IMG/VR virus record: IMGVR_UViG_3300031998_000051
Span: 1-64,000 of that record
Strand: one strand, 5' to 3'
DNA: 64,000 nucleotides
From: a virus
Lineage: Duplodnaviria > Caudoviricetes
Position 1 is the first letter of the stretch, and each line of letters begins with the position of its first letter. Below, piece after piece: positions 48,299 through 56,801 of this stretch. Both the position numbers and the translations under genes were made by a program. The notes under the pieces are model-generated. The model was not told where the DNA came from. It saw only the letters and a list, made by a program, of their open reading frames with translations, and searched no databases.

Positions 48299-49360
48299 GT
48301 AGGGCTCCGTTATAAAAAAGCCTGAGACATGGTAAGGATTGGCGGGTTGGAGTTAGGTATGGCGGCGAGGGTTATGGCAGTCGAGGATAGGCGCGGAAAG
48401 TTGCGGTTGCGCGGAGTATGGCAAGGCACGGTATGGCAGTCTCGGAGGGGCACGTTAGTGCGCGGAGGGGCTTGCTCCGGATGCGAGGGGCTTGTCAAGG
48501 CAGTCTTGGAACGTTTCGGTTCGGTGCGTACAGGTGTTGCACGGTAAGGCTGGGCAGTCTTGGTTCGGTTAGGCATGGAGCTGTTAGTTCCGGCTTGATG
48601 AGGCAGTCGAGGATGGGTCAGGCGCGTAAACGGTGCGGCATGGTGCGGTCCGGCGCGGCAGTCGTGGACAGGAATGCAATGTCAATGTGAGTATAGGCAT
48701 GATGCGGATCTGAACGGTGTGGCAGTAATGGATCGGTCAGTCGCGTAAAGGCGCGGCGGCGCACGGTTAGGCAGTCTCGGATGGGCAGTGCGATGTTACG
48801 GATGGTTCCGGCAATGTTCGGCTGGGCGCTGCAAGGCTTGGCAGTCTCGGATTGTTTCGGCGATGCTCGTTGAGGCAAAGCTGGGTATGGCAGTCTTGGA
48901 ATGTCAGCGCGTGTTGACGATTGCACCGGCGCGGCAGGAATGCCACGGGTTATGTAGGGCTCCCGGTCAACAAAAGCCCGAGACATGGAGAGTAGAGGCT
49001 GGTCTGTGTTTGGTATGGTTTGAAGAGGTATGGCAGTCGTGGACAGGAACGGATCGGTCAGTCCCGTATCGTTAAAGCAAGTAGGGTATCGGTTCGGTTT
49101 GGCAGTTAAGGACAGGACAGGCTTGGAAGGTATGGTGGGTTTTGCATTGTATCGGATAGTTTTGTCATGGCAGTCAAGGCGAGGCGCGGAAGTGAGTGGC
49201 TTGTCGCGGATTCGCACGGAGTGTATCTGTGTGGCAGTTCTGGAAGCGATGGGTTAGGCTCGTACAGGCAAGGTAACGCGGGTTGTGGCAGCCGAGGATA
49301 GTTGCGGACGCGCCTGTCAAGTTGGTGCCTGGTGAGCCGTGTTGGGACAAGGCAGTCACG
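48299..49360 (+). ncRNA. Array of GGCAG-delimited units built from phased GG(Y/A)NN pentamers, with two leaders
   Basis: 17 GGCAG delimiters; 12 of 15 spacings equal 5n+4; leader GTAGGGCTCC...AGCC(T/C)GAGACATGG at 48299 and 48954. Confidence 0.85.
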
Positions 49361-49389
49361 GAAATTCTGTAAGATTGGAGGTAACAACA

Positions 49390-49842
49390 ACGGATATAAG
49401 AAGCGTGAGCTTCACTGTTCCGGGTGAGCCTGTCGGTAAGGCTCGCCCGAAAACAGTGAACATAAAGAACAGGGCTACAACGGTAACGTTCACGCCGGAG
49501 AAAACGGTGATATATGAAAACCTTGTGAAGGTCGAGTATCAACAACAATGCCATAACTTCTACTTCGGTGAGAAGCAACCATTGATAATGGAGATCATCT
49601 GTTATTACGGAATGCCGAAGTCTGACAGCAAGAAAAAACGGGCCGCGAAGCTGGCTGGAGAGATCAGGCCAACGAAGAAGCCGGACATCGACAACTGCAT
49701 CAAAGCCATTGCAGATTCTTTGAACACTATCGCATACAAGGATGATACGCAAATCGTAAAGGTGGTTGCGGAAAAACGATATTCGGAGAAGCCCAGAGTG
49801 GAGATTACGATTTCGGACATAAATGAGGAGGACGGCAGATGA
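49390..49842 (+). CDS. rusA: RusA-family Holliday junction resolvase
   Basis: VPGEPVGKARP, PTKKPDIDNCIKAIADSLN..YKDDTQIV; ACG at the expected start position. Confidence 0.9.
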   Translation, partial: TDIRSVSFTVPGEPVGKARPKTVNIKNRATTVTFTPEKTVIYENLVKVEYQQQCHNFYFGEKQPLIMEIICYYGMPKSDSKKKRAAKLAGEIRPTKKPDIDNCIKAIADSLNTIAYKDDTQIVKVVAEKRYSEKPRVEITISDINEEDGR

Positions 49843-50087
49843 AACCCTACCCTATCACGTCTCCCGATCATTTGCGTGACCTCACGAAAATGGTCAAGTG
49901 GGACAAGGACAAGAAGGCCATATGGGATTTCGCCGATGACTGGTTTCGGAAAGGCGATCAGCGCCAGGTTACGCTTGAAGTCGGCAGTAGCGCCCAGGTG
50001 GTCTACACCACCGACAAGAAGCGGATCGTGCTGGCGACGCTGTATCAGCGGGCGGCAAAGGACTATGTGAACGGAGTGAGGGTATGA
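49839..50087 (+). CDS. Hypothetical protein
   Basis: RBS GGAGG; coupled ORF. Confidence 0.55.
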   Translation: MKPYPITSPDHLRDLTKMVKWDKDKKAIWDFADDWFRKGDQRQVTLEVGSSAQVVYTTDKKRIVLATLYQRAAKDYVNGVRV

Positions 50088-50380
50088 GCCATCTTCGCAT
50101 ACCGCAGCTCAAGGAGCGCTGGCACAATATTCCGCGCAATGAGGAAGTTGTCATCGCGCTTTGTCAGACACCGCACATTCAGCTTCATAATGGCAGGGCA
50201 TACGACACCAAGGATGCGGATCCTGCGATGCTGGATTACTATCATCGGATGGAGCAGAGCGCATTGATGAAGCATGATAATCGAAAAGTTATCAACTCCA
50301 CACACTTTCTGGAACTTGCAGAGAAGTACAGGCAGAGACGGGAGAGCATGGAAGCGATTTTGAAGGAGCTGGATGAATGA
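50084..50380 (+). CDS. Hypothetical protein
   Basis: ATGA overlap. Confidence 0.55.
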   Translation: MSHLRIPQLKERWHNIPRNEEVVIALCQTPHIQLHNGRAYDTKDADPAMLDYYHRMEQSALMKHDNRKVINSTHFLELAEKYRQRRESMEAILKELDE

Positions 50381-50715
50381 TTTACATGACACAGATTCAG
50401 CTGAAAACCGCGCTGGATGATATTCCGACAAGTGAAAACATCAATATTGCCCTGTGCAGTGTTCCGGCATATCAGGTAAACGGTATTGATACATATGAGC
50501 GCAGGCGGGCAGCGGAAGCAATCGCGTTATTCTATCGCCGGAGGGCAAGCGAGAACTGGGAAAAGGATCGCCGCAGCTATTCGAAAAAGAAGAAAACACG
50601 GCACTATGCCGACATGGCCAGAAACTGGCTCAAAAAGGCGCAGGCCATTGAGAGAATCATTCTGAAGTGGGACATGGAGGAGAAGCCGGATGAACATTAT
50701 CAAGCCGTCATTTGA
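50377..50715 (+). CDS. Hypothetical protein
   Basis: ATGA overlap. Confidence 0.55.
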   Translation: MIYMTQIQLKTALDDIPTSENINIALCSVPAYQVNGIDTYERRRAAEAIALFYRRRASENWEKDRRSYSKKKKTRHYADMARNWLKKAQAIERIILKWDMEEKPDEHYQAVI

Positions 50716-51637
50716 GATTCTGGAACGCGACGAGAAGCGCGGCGGACTGGCCATTATCGAACTGGCCGGACGCACCTGCTACAAGAGCGATCCGGGCAAG
50801 ACGCCGGAGAGCGCCGAGAAGTTTGCCCGCGGGCTTATCAAGCGCCATCACAATTCCGTGCTGGAGCACGGCGATATGATTTTCGAAGTCAATGACAACA
50901 TCTATGAAACGCTGCGCTCCATGCTCATTAACATTGATGACGCCGGTGAACCGGTGCCTATGCTGAACATGACGCGGATCGGCGGCAGGTGCATCGTCTC
51001 CGGCAACATTCGTGCATGGCGGGAACTGTTCGCCATCGGCGAACCGATCAGCATCGCATTCATCGGACACTTTGAACCGGTTTTCGTGAAGGGCTATGGA
51101 TTCAGATTTGAGGAGTATGTCGGAGAACCGCATATGTATGTCCGGCAGATCTTCTATAGCTCCCTTCATGAGTGCAATGAAAAGCTGGTGCATATCCGGC
51201 AGTCGGTTCGGTTTATCTGTGACCGCGCTATTCAGAATGAATTTGTGCGGCATCGCACGGCGAGCTTCAGCGTTGAGAGCAGCCGATACTGCAACTACTC
51301 GCAGGATCGTTTCAATAACGAGATCACGGTCATTGAGCCGTCATTCCTGATTCCGGGAACCAAGGCATACAGGCTTTGGGAATCGTCCTGTGAGACCAAT
51401 GAAGATGCGTATTTCATGCAGCTCAACGAAGGCTTGATGGCGCAGGAAGCCCGAAATGTTCTCCCGTTGTCGCTGAAAACCGAAATGGTTATGACCGGCA
51501 ACCTTCGCGCCTGGAATCATTTCTTCGATATGCGAGCGCGGCAGACTACCGGGCAAGCCCATCCGCAGGCGGTGGAGCTGGCGGCTCCATTGATGGGCGA
51601 AATGACTATGCGTTTCCCGGATGTCTTTGGCGAGTAG
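50690..51637 (+). CDS. thyX: Flavin-dependent thymidylate synthase
   Basis: AGRTCYKS, HNSVLEH, RHRTASFSVESSRY, ARNVLP..KTE..TGNLRAWNHFF..R. Confidence 0.95.
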   Translation: MNIIKPSFEILERDEKRGGLAIIELAGRTCYKSDPGKTPESAEKFARGLIKRHHNSVLEHGDMIFEVNDNIYETLRSMLINIDDAGEPVPMLNMTRIGGRCIVSGNIRAWRELFAIGEPISIAFIGHFEPVFVKGYGFRFEEYVGEPHMYVRQIFYSSLHECNEKLVHIRQSVRFICDRAIQNEFVRHRTASFSVESSRYCNYSQDRFNNEITVIEPSFLIPGTKAYRLWESSCETNEDAYFMQLNEGLMAQEARNVLPLSLKTEMVMTGNLRAWNHFFDMRARQTTGQAHPQAVELAAPLMGEMTMRFPDVFGE

Positions 51638-51639
51638 CC

Positions 51640-51834
51640 ATGTACAAGATATTCATTGTCGAGAATGGCGAGAGGTATTACCTGCGCGACTGGTTCGTCT
51701 ATGAAGACAATGATTGCCTGGTATTTACTGCCAATGGTAAGTACGCGATGCGATTCAAGAGCCTAACATTGATGAACGATTACATTTATCAGTTGAAGGC
51801 GAACGGCTACAGTCCGAGAACGGAATACTTTTGA
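51640..51834 (+). CDS. Hypothetical protein
   Basis: 64 aa in operon. Confidence 0.5.
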   Translation: MYKIFIVENGERYYLRDWFVYEDNDCLVFTANGKYAMRFKSLTLMNDYIYQLKANGYSPRTEYF

Positions 51835-51849
51835 AAGGAGCGAAAAACC

Positions 51850-52131
51850 GTGAAGCAGACCACCATACAGATTAGCATTTTCGAGACCGGCGATCTGGTT
51901 GAGATTGACTTCGATGGGATTCGATTGGCGAATAAGCGTCGCAGTCTTGCGAACGTATCCAAGGGGCTGATCCTCTCGACGAAGGAAAAGATGGATGGAT
52001 CCTTCTCCTACAAGGTGCTGGGCGACAACGGCGTGGTGATAACGCTGCAGCAGAACGAGCTCAAGAACAATGTGTGTCTTGGTCATATTGACCTGACCAT
52101 GTTGCTCGGTAAGGATGAAAACAATGGCTGA
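51850..52131 (+). CDS. Hypothetical protein
   Basis: RBS AAAGGAG, GTG start. Confidence 0.55.
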   Translation: MKQTTIQISIFETGDLVEIDFDGIRLANKRRSLANVSKGLILSTKEKMDGSFSYKVLGDNGVVITLQQNELKNNVCLGHIDLTMLLGKDENNG

Positions 52132-52465
52132 CAGAGCATTGGTGATTAAGACCTACGGCAACCCGGAGATCGCCGGAGCGATTGTGGACGGATTGTCCAG
52201 GCAGATGATCCCGCTGAACTGTGCGGAACTTGACGCGGTGAAAGCCGAATTGAAACGCCTCCAGGCGCGTGAAGGTACGCGGCAGTATCGGCAACGCAAG
52301 GACTGGGATGCTACAAGCGCTGAGCTTCGGCGCAAGTATGGTGTAAAGCCTCATGGGGCGGCTTATGACTACTTCGTGATTGCGTGGGCGCTGACATCCC
52401 TGACAGTAGCCGAATGCTGTCGGCGTTTGTCGGTTCGGATAAGGGAGGGCAAGCATCGATGTTAG
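52115..52465 (+). CDS. Hypothetical protein
   Basis: Coupled ORF. Confidence 0.5.
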   Translation: MKTMADRALVIKTYGNPEIAGAIVDGLSRQMIPLNCAELDAVKAELKRLQAREGTRQYRQRKDWDATSAELRRKYGVKPHGAAYDYFVIAWALTSLTVAECCRRLSVRIREGKHRC

Positions 52466-52699
52466 TGGTGCTGTTCATTCTGGGCGCGATCTTCGGCGGA
52501 TGTGCGGTAATCATCAACCAGCGTATGGTGGAATTGCAGACGGAGTGTTTTCGCAAGAAGATAGACCGTTTGCAGGACAAGCTCCACAACGACAGAGTTG
52601 AGTTTGAAAGCAGGAACGCTTATCGGGCAGGATATCGGGATGGTTATAGAGCCAATACGGCTATCAAAGGACGAATGTCCGATAAAGGAGTGAGACACG

Positions 52700-53404
52700 A
52701 TGGACAAACGGCAGAAGGAGATAACGCTGCGGGAAATCATAACGGAAGCCGCAGACCAAAGCGCAAAGAAGGTGCTGAAGCTTCAGCAAAACAAGCCTCC
52801 GCGCAAAGAGATTAAAAACAGCTACTATCAGGCTATGGAATCCCTGCTTCGAGCCTATCCAATTCGTGTGCGCATGATGGAGCATCCCGAGGAATTTGAA
52901 TTCTACAAGCCTGATCACTCAAAAGATATCAGCATTGCGCCGCCTCCCGGAACCGGCGTTGTTGACAAGATCGAATCTGCCGAGATGTATATCGAGGGTC
53001 GGAAACGCGCCTATGAACATGAAGTATTCCGGCGGCTTGAAGTAGAATACGCTATGGCTCCATTCAAACATCGGCAGGAGTTCCACGTTATCCGATTGTT
53101 CTACTTTAATGAGGACGCGCATGGGAATTTTCGTGGATTGGATGCTAAGCATCTGACATGGGAAGAAATCGCCGCAGAGATGGAAAGTATCGGAATCCAA
53201 CGCTCCATTACGGTGCTTCGTCGGTGGCGCTCATCTCTTGTGCGTGAGATGACCATTATGATGTTCGGTGCGGACGGCGCATTGGATATAGAATCAAATC
53301 GCAAGGAGGATAAGCATGGCACACAAGACAATGGACATGAAGGGTCGGTTCTTCCTGTACAACAGGAAGAATCGGATGTACCTGCACAGGAAGGGAACGC
53401 TTGA
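52700..53404 (+). CDS. Putative phage transcriptional regulator (C-terminal HTH-like)
   Basis: VIRLFYF..TWEEIAAEM..SITVLRRWRSSLV. Confidence 0.55.
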   Translation: MDKRQKEITLREIITEAADQSAKKVLKLQQNKPPRKEIKNSYYQAMESLLRAYPIRVRMMEHPEEFEFYKPDHSKDISIAPPPGTGVVDKIESAEMYIEGRKRAYEHEVFRRLEVEYAMAPFKHRQEFHVIRLFYFNEDAHGNFRGLDAKHLTWEEIAAEMESIGIQRSITVLRRWRSSLVREMTIMMFGADGALDIESNRKEDKHGTQDNGHEGSVLPVQQEESDVPAQEGNA

Positions 53405-53562
53405 TGACGGTTACGGGCCACAGGCATACATTTACTGGTCGCCGTATTTCGTAAGTGCACAAGGATTTGACAGCCGCAAGGCCGCAGAATCGATGCGCAG
53501 GAATCTGAAAGCGGAAGGCCACATCGTGGAGATCGTGACTGAAGCGCAGAAGAGGTATCCTG

Positions 53563-53853
53563 ATGCGAAAAAGAAAACCGGTCGTTAATTACCGCATCTA
53601 TCCGTATCCAATTTATTCTTGCCCGGTTTGCGATTGCAATCTCGCGTTCAGCGGATACTGGCGTGCGAAGTTTTGCCCGGAATGCGGATTAGGAATTGAC
53701 TGGACTGGTTTTTCGCCGGAGCGCGATCCAGTTGAAGAAGCAAAGCCCTGGAGGGCTGGCTGGTGGGATTGGCGCACGGAAGATAAGAATCGACATGAAC
53801 GGGAGGAGGACGCAAAGAAATGTCAAGGCTCGAAGACGTCGTTAAGGCGCTGA
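53563..53853 (+). CDS. Zinc-ribbon protein
   Basis: YSCPVCD..FCPECGLGIDW. Confidence 0.6.
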   Translation: MRKRKPVVNYRIYPYPIYSCPVCDCNLAFSGYWRAKFCPECGLGIDWTGFSPERDPVEEAKPWRAGWWDWRTEDKNRHEREEDAKKCQGSKTSLRR

Positions 53854-54287
53854 AATGTTGCCCGAATGGGTTTTGCATTCCGCATTGTCCTTATTCTGGT
53901 ATCGGCGCAAAGGATGACACGGACACCTGCAAAAGGCAACTGTTCGATGATGCTGCCGATCTGCTGGCAACGCAGGAAAAGCAGATTGAGCTTCAGTACA
54001 CCACCATCGAGAAGCTGGCGTTATACATCAAATGCAATGCGCCAAGGCTCATGACGCTGGAAGAAGTCAATGCGATGGGCTGGGATTGCTGCTATCTCGA
54101 AGAAGAGATGATGAACGATGTGGCGCTTCACCAGATATTCGGCAAGCATCACGTTCGTTGCATCACATGGCCTATGATCACATCCTGCAAGCTGATGTAT
54201 GGCGAGGACTCATACAATAAGCGTTGGCGGTGCTGGGACAAGAAGCCTTCCGATTCTGACAGAGAGGCGGCAAAGTGGGATGTCTAA
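53820..54287 (+). CDS. Member of the PR.MTL.E...WRCW..P paralog family
   Basis: APRLMTLEEV...RWRCWDKKPSDSDREAAKWD. Confidence 0.65.
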   Translation: MSRLEDVVKALKCCPNGFCIPHCPYSGIGAKDDTDTCKRQLFDDAADLLATQEKQIELQYTTIEKLALYIKCNAPRLMTLEEVNAMGWDCCYLEEEMMNDVALHQIFGKHHVRCITWPMITSCKLMYGEDSYNKRWRCWDKKPSDSDREAAKWDV

Positions 54288-54558
54288 GCGCAGGCAGAAT
54301 CAGAATGTGCAGTGGTATTACATCAGCCGCAATACGAATCAGGATTTGCTTCAAGGAATCAGTGTTCTTGACAACAGGCACAATATGCCGATTGTCATTT
54401 GGACGCCGCACAATACATTCTCACTTGCCCGGCGCTTTTCGACGGTCGACAATGCCATACGCTACATCGAAACAATGCACCTTTCCAATGTCTCAGTAGT
54501 CGATAAAGACTGCAATGTTTTCTGGGAGAACGAGGAGGAAGCCCATGACCGATTATAA
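54280..54558 (+). CDS. Hypothetical protein
   Basis: Coupled ORF. Confidence 0.5.
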   Translation: MSKRRQNQNVQWYYISRNTNQDLLQGISVLDNRHNMPIVIWTPHNTFSLARRFSTVDNAIRYIETMHLSNVSVVDKDCNVFWENEEEAHDRL

Positions 54559-54964
54559 GAAGGTGCTTTCCGGCGTGAACCGGTGCATTGCAAGAGAAGC
54601 GCCGTTGTGTCCCTACTATCCGTGCGCACGGGATGGCGCTGTGGAGTGCGGATTGCTGGCCGACGTCCAGAAGGTTCTGAAGTTCAAAGAGCCTCGCGTG
54701 ATGACCTTTGATGAGGTTCAGAGCTTGACGGATGAAATCTGTCAGTGGATGTGGATCGAAGAGCGCCAGCACGTGACATGGAATCTTCACCATATGCGGA
54801 CATTCGTCTATTCGTATCATCCTGATAACGGTAGCTTTTACATCATGGCGAACTGCCATCACGACATCGTGAAGCTGGAGGGCGATGAATACAACAAATC
54901 ATGGCGGGCATGGACGGTAGAGCCGACACACTATCAGCAGGAGGCAGTACCGTGGAAGGATTGA
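54545..54964 (+). CDS. Paralog family member
   Basis: KEPRVMTFDEV...YNKSWRAWTVEPT..QEAVPWK. Confidence 0.65.
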   Translation: MTDYKKVLSGVNRCIAREAPLCPYYPCARDGAVECGLLADVQKVLKFKEPRVMTFDEVQSLTDEICQWMWIEERQHVTWNLHHMRTFVYSYHPDNGSFYIMANCHHDIVKLEGDEYNKSWRAWTVEPTHYQQEAVPWKD

Positions 54965-55126
54965 ATGTTGTGTATACCAGCAATCGCATTGATGTGGTGC
55001 GGTGTCGTGACTGCAAGTATTCCCATATGACCGTTCATGACAGTTGCAAATTCTGCGACTTCTGGCAGGATGAAATCTATGTTGACGGCAGTTTCTATTG
55101 TGCCGCCGGAGAGAGAAGGGATGAAG

Positions 55127-55327
55127 ATGGCCTGTAATGATTATTGCGAAATCGACAAGCCGGAGCCGGGACCGTGCCCGAAATGTGGCGGCACACCGCT
55201 TATGAAGGTGAACACTCTGACGGCGTGGATCCGCTGCACGAAATGCGGATACTGCGTTGCAGCGGATGACGTAAAGAATGCCATCAAGGCATGGGAAGGA
55301 ACAGAAGACAATGGCAAAGCTGATTGA
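55127..55327 (+). CDS. Lar-like zinc-finger protein
   Basis: PCPKCGG..IRCTKCG..AIKAW. Confidence 0.6.
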   Translation: MACNDYCEIDKPEPGPCPKCGGTPLMKVNTLTAWIRCTKCGYCVAADDVKNAIKAWEGTEDNGKAD

Positions 55328-55568
55328 TCCCATTAAACTGATAGAGCATCCGAAGAATACGCCGATGTTTGTCGAGTGTCGCGGCCAGAAGGAATTTCGA
55401 TTCAAGGTTGCCTGGAAATACAACGAGGAGCTGCATTGCGTTCTTCCAATCGGCGGAAAAATTCGATACGACATTGACAAGTATAACATCGGGTGGCGAG
55501 CTTGGGACGAATTGCCAACAGAGCAGGATCTGGATACCACGCCCTGGATACGGGAGGATACGCAATGA
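55311..55568 (+). CDS. Paralog family member (short)
   Basis: YNIGWRAWDELPTEQDLDTTPW. Confidence 0.6.
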   Translation: MAKLIDPIKLIEHPKNTPMFVECRGQKEFRFKVAWKYNEELHCVLPIGGKIRYDIDKYNIGWRAWDELPTEQDLDTTPWIREDTQ

Positions 55569-55752
55569 AGATCATTGACGGTCACGCCATGATAAAGCGC
55601 GTGGAGGAGCTATACCGCAAGGGAGGTGTTGATCTGTCGTATTTCAATATTGTTCGTGAAGCTGTCCAGATGGAACCCGCATTACATCTGGATGAGATGA
55701 CAAAAGAAACGCCAGAGAATGAAAAGTAGTACATGAATCTGGAGGCATAAAA

Positions 55753-56028
55753 ATGGCAAAACTTCTTGACTACTGGGATGCGGCAAACTGCCGTGATCTC
55801 ATCTATTTGGAAGTATTCTCGGCGGTAAAAGGAACCACAGTTGTCATTCCGGCAAAGCTGCATCGGATTGAATCAGGAATGCTGATTTACACCGATGATA
55901 CCCAATTTGGACATGGTTGTATGCAAAAGGATTACAACGTCTGGGATATATTCGGATGGCGTCCGTGGAATTCAGAACCGACTGACGAAGAAAGGATTCA
56001 TGAAACATGGGCAGCGTATCGAAGATAG
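55753..56028 (+). CDS. Paralog family member (short)
   Basis: YNVWDIFGWRPWNSEPTDEERIHETW. Confidence 0.6.
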   Translation: MAKLLDYWDAANCRDLIYLEVFSAVKGTTVVIPAKLHRIESGMLIYTDDTQFGHGCMQKDYNVWDIFGWRPWNSEPTDEERIHETWAAYRR

Positions 56029-56798
56029 ATTGGTGCGATTCTTCATGGTCGCCTGTCACCGGATGCCTGCATGGGTGTGAATACTGTTATGCGCGGAGAA
56101 TCGCGGAGCGGTTCGGTTCACATCAGATGCCGATATTTGTAGATTATCCTATTCTGTGTGAGCCTGTACGCTGTACAGACACATACGAGTATATGCGCAT
56201 GGCAGGGATAAGCGCCGGGAGGATTCAGCCCTATCCATTTGACTTCACGCCGACATTTCATCGGTATCGCTTGGATATTCCGAAGAAGTGGACGAAGCCG
56301 CGCACAATATTCGTCTGCTCTATGGCTGATCTATTCGGCGAATGGGTGCCGGATGAGTGGATCAAGGCCGTATTTGATGCCTGCGAACAAGCACCACAGC
56401 ATCGATACCTGTTTCTTACCAAGAATCCATCCAGGTATACACAGCTTATGGAAAAGGGCATTGTTCTTCCGAATTACATCAAATGGTGGTACGGATATAC
56501 CATTGACGGCTTGAAGTCTGTTCCACGCGACGCACCAATCAATAAAGGCGTGTTTTGCAGCGTTGAGCCGATTCAGCGCAAGCCGGATTTGCGGATGCTT
56601 GATGAAATCGCCATGACATCCTGGGCGATTATCGGCGCGGAGACAGGCAATCGCAAAGGGAAGATTATCCCGGAGCGGAGTTGGATTGAATCCATCATTA
56701 ATCGGTGCAGGGATGAAATGATCCCGGTTTTCATGAAGGAAAGCCTGCGCGACTTGATGGACAGCGATTTCAAACAGGAATATCCGTGGGAGGTTTAA
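56007..56798 (+). CDS. DUF5131 / phage Gp37-Gp68 family protein (radical-SAM-like Cys motif)
   Basis: KIDWCDSSWSPVTGCLHGCEYCYA, FVCSMADLF, FLTKNP, SVEP, IGAETG. Confidence 0.9.
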   Translation: MGSVSKIDWCDSSWSPVTGCLHGCEYCYARRIAERFGSHQMPIFVDYPILCEPVRCTDTYEYMRMAGISAGRIQPYPFDFTPTFHRYRLDIPKKWTKPRTIFVCSMADLFGEWVPDEWIKAVFDACEQAPQHRYLFLTKNPSRYTQLMEKGIVLPNYIKWWYGYTIDGLKSVPRDAPINKGVFCSVEPIQRKPDLRMLDEIAMTSWAIIGAETGNRKGKIIPERSWIESIINRCRDEMIPVFMKESLRDLMDSDFKQEYPWEV

Positions 56799-56801
56799 GG
56801 T

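Noticed and set aside
48376-49355. Self-targets of the decoded NN strings within this window
   Set aside because: Cannot be searched reliably by eye; none claimed
48299-49360. Canonical CRISPR array or simple satellite
   Set aside because: No 23-47 bp identical repeats and no cas1/cas2; units are not copies of each other, only the phased GG(Y/A) and GGCAG are conserved
48310-49390. Many overlapping Arg/Gly-rich ORFs across the repeat region
   Set aside because: Periodicity is 5 nt, not 3 nt; the open frames are by-products of G-rich pentamers, so the region is treated as non-coding
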